Below, one piece after another: positions 57,471-64,000 of a stretch of 64,000 nt of DNA. The DNA lies in contig CDROCS010000253.1 in the NCBI GenBank assembly GCA_977020255.1, positions 1,860,001 to 1,924,000 on the forward strand, in the 5' to 3' direction. Position numbers and translations under genes: made by a program. Within the stretch, counting starts at the first letter, position 1; the number at the start of each line of letters is the position of its first letter. Source of the DNA: Obrimoposthia wandeli. Taxonomy: Eukaryota. The notes beneath the pieces were generated by a model, which ran no database searches, was not told the DNA's origin, and saw nothing but the letters and a program-made list of their open reading frames with translations.

Positions 57471-58559
57471 ATGTTAATAGAACAAGCCTACTTACACGGT
57501 AAACCAGAATCAAGTGGTTTATTACGTAGTCAAATAAGTGACTTTCACGTTTTTGAAATACTGCCCTTTTTACCTTGTGGTGAAGGGGAACATTTATTTG
57601 TTCATATTCGAAAAACCGGTGCTAATACCTTATTTGTCGCGCGAGAACTCGCTAAGTATTTTGAAGTAAAAGAACAGCTTGTTTCTTATGCTGGTTTAAA
57701 GGATCGTTTTGCGATCACCGAACAGTGGTTCGGTGTACACGTTCCAGGTAAGCAAGAATACAATTTAGATGACTTAAATATTGAAGGCGTAGAGATCCTT
57801 TCTTATAAGCGGCACAATAAGAAATTACGCACAGGCGCATTAACTGGTAATAGATTTGAGCTGATTTTACGTGAAGTGACCGCTATTAAAGCGTTGACTA
57901 AGCGCTGGCAGAAAATTGTTGAACAGGGTGTCCCTAATTATTTTGGTGAGCAGCGTTTTGGTATTGGCGGTGGCAATATAGACCGAGCTTTATCTTTATT
58001 CGCAGGGCAGAAAATAAAAGATAAGAAAAAGCGTGGTATGTATCTATCGGCAGCTCGATCGCACATTTTTAACGCTGTGCTTAATGAACGCATTCAACAG
58101 CAATGTTTTGATAAAGTAGCTGTTGGCGATGTGTTAATGCTAGCGGGTACACAATCAGTATTTCATCTTGATGAAGTCGATAGCGCCATTGAACAACGCT
58201 TTACTGATAAAGATGTTGATATAACCGCACCTATGTGGGGCGCTGGTGAACTGATGACTAGCAATGTACCACTGGCATTAGAACAAGAAATTGCAATAAA
58301 AAATCAGGAGTTTAGTGAAGGGTTACCACGTTTTGGTTTAAAACAAGAGCGCCGTCGCATTCGCTTGACGGTTAGCGATACCGATATTGAATTATTATCA
58401 GCACAAGAAGAGAGCAATGCAGTGAAAATTAGTTTCTTTTTACCTGCTGGTTGTTATGCCACTACGGTTTTACGTGAGTTATTGAACTACCAAGACATGA
58501 CAACGCGTATTGATAAAAGAGAGACAAGTGTTAACCCAAATCAGCAGGAATCTATATAA
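57471..58559 (+). CDS. truD: tRNA pseudouridine(13) synthase
   Basis: GEGEH, YAGLKDR, GNRF, PNYFGEQRFG, GCYAT. Confidence 0.95.
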   Translation: MLIEQAYLHGKPESSGLLRSQISDFHVFEILPFLPCGEGEHLFVHIRKTGANTLFVARELAKYFEVKEQLVSYAGLKDRFAITEQWFGVHVPGKQEYNLDDLNIEGVEILSYKRHNKKLRTGALTGNRFELILREVTAIKALTKRWQKIVEQGVPNYFGEQRFGIGGGNIDRALSLFAGQKIKDKKKRGMYLSAARSHIFNAVLNERIQQQCFDKVAVGDVLMLAGTQSVFHLDEVDSAIEQRFTDKDVDITAPMWGAGELMTSNVPLALEQEIAIKNQEFSEGLPRFGLKQERRRIRLTVSDTDIELLSAQEESNAVKISFFLPAGCYATTVLRELLNYQDMTTRIDKRETSVNPNQQESI

Positions 58560-58562
58560 ATC

Positions 58563-59345
58563 ATGGATAAGCTAAGCTCGACGAGTAAAATGAAAGTCTT
58601 ACTGAGCAATGATGACGGGGTGCACGCATTAGGTATTAAAGTGCTTTTTGATGAACTCGTTAAGTATTTTGAGGTAAACGTAGTCGCTCCAGATCGAAAT
58701 TGTAGTGGAGCCAGTAACTCTTTAACATTACTTAATCCTTTACGCGCCGAGCATTTAGATAATGGCTTTATCTCTATTAATGGTACGCCAACAGATTCAG
58801 TGCATTTAGGTATTAGCCAACTCTTTACTGATTGTGATTTAGTCGTTGCGGGTATCAATAAAGGTGCTAATTTAGGCGATGACACCCTTTATTCAGGCAC
58901 TGTAGCTGCGGCAACTGCCGGACGTCACATGGGCATGCCGGCGATTGCAGTATCTTTAGCGGGTAAAAATGAAGAGTTTTATCAAACGGCAGCGATTGTA
59001 ACCGCAAAAATAATTCAACGCCTACGTACTCATCCATTACCAGCAGACCAAATTTTAAATATTAATGTACCAGACATCCCATTAGCTGAGCTAAAAGGAA
59101 TAAAAGTAACACGATTGGGCCACCGTCACAAAGCTGAAAGTATGCAAAAAATGCAAGACCCATGGCAGCGTGATATTTATTGGTATGGTTTGTTAGGCCA
59201 GGAGCTCGATGGCGGGGAGGGGACAGACTTCCATGCGGTTGCCCATGGTTATGCTTCGGTAACACCACTGACAATTGATATGACGGCTCATCGCAGTATA
59301 GAAAATATTAAAAGTTGGCTCACTGAGCTTAACTTATCAGATTAA
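58563..59345 (+). CDS. surE: 5'/3'-nucleotidase
   Basis: [30 protein letters not shown]; the start may be ATG 58590. Confidence 0.93.
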   Translation: MDKLSSTSKMKVLLSNDDGVHALGIKVLFDELVKYFEVNVVAPDRNCSGASNSLTLLNPLRAEHLDNGFISINGTPTDSVHLGISQLFTDCDLVVAGINKGANLGDDTLYSGTVAAATAGRHMGMPAIAVSLAGKNEEFYQTAAIVTAKIIQRLRTHPLPADQILNINVPDIPLAELKGIKVTRLGHRHKAESMQKMQDPWQRDIYWYGLLGQELDGGEGTDFHAVAHGYASVTPLTIDMTAHRSIENIKSWLTELNLSD

Positions 59346-59359
59346 ATGGATGTATTCTT

Positions 59360-60013
59360 ATGATGTCTAGTCGCATAGACGGAAAATCAAAGCGCAGTGG
59401 AGAGTTACTAGCGCAAAAATTACAAAATGAAGGTATTAGTAACTCTGCTGTTTTACAGGCGATTGCTCATTCACCTAGACATATTTTTGTACCTGAAATT
59501 TTGGCGCATAAAGCCTACGATAATACCGCCTTACCAATTGGCCAAGGGCAAACAATCTCACAGCCTTATATAGTCGCCAGAATGTCTGAATTGTTATTGG
59601 CGGAGGGGCGCCCCAAAAATATATTAGAAATAGGTACTGGCTCGGGTTATCAAACCGCTATTTTAGCTCAGCTAACGGAGAAGGTTTTTTCAGTTGAGCG
59701 AATCAAAGCATTACAATGGCAAGCAAAACGTTGTTTACGTGCGATGGATTTACACAATGTGGCAATGAAGCATGGTGATGGATGGCAGGGTTGGCGAAGC
59801 AAAGGTCCCTTTGAGGCCATTATAGTTACAGCGGCTCCTGCGAGTGTACCACCGGCATTATTAGAACAGCTAGCTGATGGTGGGCGTTTAATTATCCCCG
59901 TTGGAGAACAGACTCAAATTTTAAAAATTATCACTCGTCATGGTGATGCTTTTAACGAACAGCAAGTTGAAGCTGTGCGTTTTGTCCCTTTAGTACCCGG
60001 AGAATTATTGTAG
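59360..60013 (+). CDS. pcm: Protein-L-isoaspartate O-methyltransferase
   Basis: [26 protein letters not shown]. Confidence 0.95.
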   Translation: MMSSRIDGKSKRSGELLAQKLQNEGISNSAVLQAIAHSPRHIFVPEILAHKAYDNTALPIGQGQTISQPYIVARMSELLLAEGRPKNILEIGTGSGYQTAILAQLTEKVFSVERIKALQWQAKRCLRAMDLHNVAMKHGDGWQGWRSKGPFEAIIVTAAPASVPPALLEQLADGGRLIIPVGEQTQILKIITRHGDAFNEQQVEAVRFVPLVPGELL

Positions 60014-60591
60014 TGAAAATTTTTTCTAATCTTTACCAGTGGACCTTGCGCTGGGCTGAACATCAGTTTGCTCCGCGCTTCTTAGTAGCACTTACTTTTG
60101 CCGAGTCCATTTTTTTCCCTATTCCACCCGATGTATTACTGGCTCCTATGGTATTAGCAAAGCCACAAAAGGCCTGGTATTTTGCTGGAATAACCACTAT
60201 TGCTTCTATTTTAGGGGGAGCAGTTGGTTATTGGCTTGGTTACTTAATGTTTGAACCTTGGATTCAGCCACTTATTACCGACTTTGGTTATCAAGGGCGA
60301 TTTAATACGGCTATTGGTTGGTTTAATGAATGGGGTGTGTGGGTGGTCTTTATTGCCGGATTTTCGCCGATCCCTTATAAGTTATTCACGGTTAGCGCAG
60401 GCTTTTTACATATGGCTTTCCTACCCTTCTTTATTGCTTCTGCGATAGGTAGAGGGCTACGTTTTTTCTTGGTTGCGGGCTTAATCAAGTGGGGCGGTAG
60501 TGCCATGGAGAAAAAGATACGTCAATGGGTTGATGTTTTAGGATGGGGCATTGTTGGCGCCATAGTTGTTGGCTATTTTGCTTTACGCTAA
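60013..60591 (+). CDS. yqaA: DedA/YqaA-family membrane protein
   Basis: FAESIFFPIPPD and GFSPIPYK motifs; GTG start overlapping the pcm stop. Confidence 0.85.
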   Translation: MKIFSNLYQWTLRWAEHQFAPRFLVALTFAESIFFPIPPDVLLAPMVLAKPQKAWYFAGITTIASILGGAVGYWLGYLMFEPWIQPLITDFGYQGRFNTAIGWFNEWGVWVVFIAGFSPIPYKLFTVSAGFLHMAFLPFFIASAIGRGLRFFLVAGLIKWGGSAMEKKIRQWVDVLGWGIVGAIVVGYFALR

Positions 60592-60609
60592 AATGAATTA
60601 TTATTCTGT

Positions 60610-61551
60610 TTGTGTGTATATATAGTGATGTTAAATGTGCAGGAAAGCAACAGTACCTCCATTAAATATTTTTTTGTGAGATGCTTTCACGCAGTTATCT
60701 ATATATTTGCTTATGTTATATTCGCAATTTCTCTTTTCTCTTGCAGTAGCCGGAATACACCTGCTCCCGTGTCAAGTATCTACAGTACCAGCATACTAGG
60801 GGAGCGGGATAGAAATACCATTAAATCTTCGCAATATAAGGTTAAAAAAGGGGAAACTCTCTATTCGATAGCTTGGCGTTCGAATTCAGATGTTAGAAAA
60901 ATAGCTCGGTTAAATAAAATCTTACCACCCTATCGAATATACCCAGGTCAAAAAATATTCTTAGTAGAACATCAGGTTAAAAAAGCAGCGAAAGCAAGTA
61001 AGAACAAGGTATCGCATAAACATTCGACTAAAAGCTCTACAGCTAACGATAAAAATAGCAAAAAAAATACACTTGCATCTACTAAAAAGCAGGCGTATGG
61101 TGAAAATGTAAACAATCAAAAGTCATACCAAAACAGCACATTAGCATCGGAAAAAGCATCGGCAAATTTTTCACAAAAGATTAGTCGATGGCAATGGCCC
61201 GTTAAGGGTAAAGTTGTAGAGTATTTTTCAAATAGTGCACAGGGTAATAAAGGCATTAACATTGTTGGCCGTCGTGGTGTAAAAATTAAAGCTGCGACGA
61301 AAGGTAAAGTGGTATACGCAGGTAATGCTCTTCGGGGTTACGGTAAACTCATTATTATAAAACATAACGATGACTACCTCAGTGCCTATGCCCATAATGA
61401 CCGCATTCTCGTTAAAGAGCAGCAAAGAATAAATATCGGGGATGTTATTGCCACCATGGGAGACACAGATGCCAACAAAGTTATGCTTCATTTTGAAATA
61501 CGCTTTCGAGGAGTATCAGTTAACCCTTTAAAATACTTACCAAAAAAATAA
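60610..61551 (+). CDS. nlpD: LysM/M23 lipoprotein, amidase activator
   Basis: Lipobox LFSC, LysM (YKVKKGETLYSIAW), M23 (YAHND, LHFEIR); start uncertain (possibly ATG 60628 or later). Confidence 0.88.
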   Translation: MCVYIVMLNVQESNSTSIKYFFVRCFHAVIYIFAYVIFAISLFSCSSRNTPAPVSSIYSTSILGERDRNTIKSSQYKVKKGETLYSIAWRSNSDVRKIARLNKILPPYRIYPGQKIFLVEHQVKKAAKASKNKVSHKHSTKSSTANDKNSKKNTLASTKKQAYGENVNNQKSYQNSTLASEKASANFSQKISRWQWPVKGKVVEYFSNSAQGNKGINIVGRRGVKIKAATKGKVVYAGNALRGYGKLIIIKHNDDYLSAYAHNDRILVKEQQRINIGDVIATMGDTDANKVMLHFEIRFRGVSVNPLKYLPKK

Positions 61552-61645
61552 TACTATAAAATAATAAACCTTAAGATAAATACTAAAAAAAATCGGAGTT
61601 ATCGTGAATATTTAAAAACAAGCTTTGCAAATTTGGGAGAATAGC

Positions 61646-62536
61646 ATGGTCAAATTAAAAGAAGAAAAAAAAACTGTTGAGTCGAAGGAAGATGCACCAT
61701 CAAATTTAGACGCTACACAGATTTACTTAAGTGAAATAGGTTTTTCGCCATTATTAACTGCTGAAGAAGAAGTATACTTCTCACGTCTCTCCCTTAAAGG
61801 GGACGAAGCATCAAGAAAACGTATGATTGAAAGTAATCTTCGCTTAGTTGTGAAAATAGCCAGACGTTATAATAATAGAGGCTTACCCTTACTCGACTTA
61901 ATTGAAGAGGGAAATTTAGGTTTAATTAGAGCTGTTGAAAAATTCGACCCAGAGCGAGGTTTTCGCTTTTCAACTTATGCTACTTGGTGGATACGCCAAA
62001 CTATTGAACGGGCAATAATGAATCAAACCCGTACTATTCGATTACCCATACATGTTGTTAAAGAACTTAATATTTATTTACGTGCTTCGCGTGAATTAAT
62101 TCAAAAACTCGATCATGAACCTACTGCCGAAGATATTGCACAGCACCTAGATAAGCCTGTCGCCGACGTTAATAAGATGTTGAGATTAAATGAGCGTATT
62201 GCTTCTGTAGACACTCCTTTTGCAGGAGATTCAGATAAAGCTTTATTAGATGTTATTTCGGATGAAAAAAGTACAGGTCCTGAAAGTGACTTACAGTCAG
62301 AAGATATGAGTAATAATATTATTCACTGGTTGAATGAGCTAAATACCAAGCAAAGGGAAGTGTTGGCAAGACGTTTTGGTTTACTTGGGTATGAAGCGGC
62401 AACACTAGAGAATGTTGGCCGTGAAATTGGTTTAACACGTGAGCGTGTACGTCAAATTCAAGTGGAGGCATTAAAACGTTTACGTGATATTTTGTCTCAA
62501 CAAAATTTGTCAATAGAGGCTATTTTTCAAGCTTAA
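61646..62536 (+). CDS. rpoS: RNA polymerase sigma factor RpoS
   Basis: [41 protein letters not shown]; downstream of nlpD; GGGAGA RBS. Confidence 0.95.
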   Translation: MVKLKEEKKTVESKEDAPSNLDATQIYLSEIGFSPLLTAEEEVYFSRLSLKGDEASRKRMIESNLRLVVKIARRYNNRGLPLLDLIEEGNLGLIRAVEKFDPERGFRFSTYATWWIRQTIERAIMNQTRTIRLPIHVVKELNIYLRASRELIQKLDHEPTAEDIAQHLDKPVADVNKMLRLNERIASVDTPFAGDSDKALLDVISDEKSTGPESDLQSEDMSNNIIHWLNELNTKQREVLARRFGLLGYEAATLENVGREIGLTRERVRQIQVEALKRLRDILSQQNLSIEAIFQA

Positions 62537-62602
62537 ATTAAAATGAGTGATAATTATCTTACGATGAAAAACGTGTAATTATTTGCTCAATAAATAGATA
62601 GC

Positions 62603-62631
62603 AAAAAGCAGCAATTACATGCTGCTTTTTT
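62603..62631 (+). terminator. rpoS terminator
   Basis: AAAAAGCAGCA-ATTACA-TGCTGCTTTTT. Confidence 0.85.
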
Positions 62632-63146
62632 AGTGTCAAAAACTCATCTGATGAATTTTCTTTAACGAATAAATCAGCAGAATTCACTCCTAGATAAATC
62701 AATGGTTTGTATTGTTACGTTAAGTTTTCACTACTATGAGAGCCTCTGTGCTGATCTACTTAATAATTATAGCCAGTGCATGGAGAATAAATGTAATTAT
62801 TAATTAATGTGTCTTTTTTCTGCAAATGGCTCTATTAGTAATGCTAAATTATTGACTATAACTGCGCAAAATAGACATTTATAGACGTAAATAGTAATGA
62901 AAAATTTAAAATGCCCGTAGAATAAAAAGGTCATTTTGTGGTAATATCGCGCCAGAAAAATTTAACTTAGAGCCAGTGAGTCTTTTTCTTTAGTGGCAAC
63001 ACTAAAATTAATTCTTTACTGAAATACACTGAAATTGGCGAATTTATTTTTATCTAATTGATATTAAAGCTTTTTATGCTTTGATTTTTGTTGGGTAAAC
63101 TAATTAACTGATTTTTATACTCCCATCAAAAGTAGTGCAAGTGTTT

Positions 63147-64000
63147 ATGATTACAATAAAAAAAGGCTTGGATGTTCCTGTAAAAGGCGCTCCTCAGCAG
63201 GTAATCCATGATGGTCCGTCCATCAAAACCGTTGCAACACTCGGTGAAGAGTTTGTGGGTATGCGTCCAACCATGTTTGTTAAAGTGGGTGACCGCGTAA
63301 AAAAAGGTCAGGTGATTTTTGAAGATAAAAAAAATCCTGGCGTTAAATTCACAGCTCAAGCTGCCGGTGTTGTTAAAGAAATTAACCGCGGTGAAAAACG
63401 TGTTTTACAATCAGTTGTTATCGATGTTGATGGCAACGATCAAGAAACGTTTACTGTTTATCCTGTAACTAAATTTGCTTCCTTAGCACGTGAAGACGTT
63501 GTTAAAAACCTAGTCGACTCAGGTTTATGGACAGCATTTAGAACGCGTCCATTTAGTAAAGTACCCGCAATTGATAGTGCACCTGCTGCGATTTTTGTTA
63601 GTGCAATGGATACTAATCCATTGGCGGCAAATCCAGAAATCATTATTAATGAACAAAGTGAAGCGTTTAAAAATGGTTTAATCATTTTATCTCGTTTAAC
63701 TGACGGTGAAGTATTTGTTAGTAAAGCGCCAGGGGCAAATATCCCTGTAGATAACAATGCAACAGTGACTGAGTTTGCTGGTAAGCATCCTGCAGGCCTT
63801 GTAGGTACGCATATTCACTTCTTAAAATCAGCGAGTGCCGAGAGATTTGTTTGGCATGTTGGTTATCAAGATGTTATCGCTTTTGCTAAATTATTCACTA
63901 CAGGTGAAATCGATAATACTCGTATCATTTCACTTGCCGGTCCTGCTGCCACTAACCCACGTTTAGTACGTACGGTTTTAGGCGCGAGCACTGCTGAATT
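63147..64000 (+). CDS. nqrA: Na+-translocating NADH:quinone reductase subunit A (3'-partial; absent from the ORF track)
   Basis: Hand translation [18 protein letters not shown]...[18 protein letters not shown]...[10 protein letters not shown]...[11 protein letters not shown]. Confidence 0.93.
   Translation, partial: MITIKKGLDVPVKGAPQQVIHDGPSIKTVATLGEEFVGMRPTMFVKVGDRVKKGQVIFEDKKNPGVKFTAQAAGVVKEINRGEKRVLQSVVIDVDGNDQETFTVYPVTKFASLAREDVVKNLVDSGLWTAFRTRPFSKVPAIDSAPAAIFVSAMDTNPLAANPEIIINEQSEAFKNGLIILSRLTDGEVFVSKAPGANIPVDNNATVTEFAGKHPAGLVGTHIHFLKSASAERFVWHVGYQDVIAFAKLFTTGEIDNTRIISLAGPAATNPRLVRTVLGASTAE

Noticed and set aside
61646-62536. RpoS shorter than the E. coli protein
   Set aside because: Only the variable N-terminus is shorter; regions 1.2-4 are intact
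62632-63146. Long rpoS-nqrA intergenic region as an sRNA or regulator site
   Set aside because: AT-rich promoter DNA with no motif I could support

Overview
AT-rich chromosomal window from a marine gammaproteobacterium. Gene content and repeat style suggest Colwellia or a related Alteromonadales genus, but this is inference only. In order: the 3' part of an Fe3+ ABC operon; an orphan OmpR/RstA-like regulator; plsC-rraB; a NagR (LacI)-controlled GlcNAc/chitin locus (nagR, pgi, TonB-dependent receptor, SapC, JmjC-like cupin, GH20 hexosaminidase, nagK, nagA, nagP; no nagB in the window); divergent ccmABCDE and ccmFGHI-hemH; LexA-boxed dinB; alaS; csrA; a duplicated, partly decayed tRNA-Ser(GCT)/tRNA-Arg(ACG) array (2+6 intact genes plus remnants); oadGAB; an M48 peptidase; pdxH; FNR-boxed napEFDABC; tmcA; a Fur-boxed pair of small Cys-containing ORFs; an ABC-2 exporter; a PA3286-like KAS III; ftsB-ispDF-truD-surE-pcm-yqaA-nlpD-rpoS; and the start of nqrA. 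Several ERIC-like TA-flanked miniature inverted-repeat elements sit in intergenic regions. I found no CRISPR array, prophage, defence system or transposase. The best leads for undescribed biology are (i) the NagR-regulated TBDR-SapC-JmjC module lacking its usual halogenase partner, (ii) the Fur-controlled two-gene CGD/Cys operon, (iii) trailer hairpins that sequester the CCA ends in the tRNA array, together with chimeric tRNA fragments, and (iv) a nested 48-bp insert made of two GGA-loop hairpins that resemble CsrA sites.
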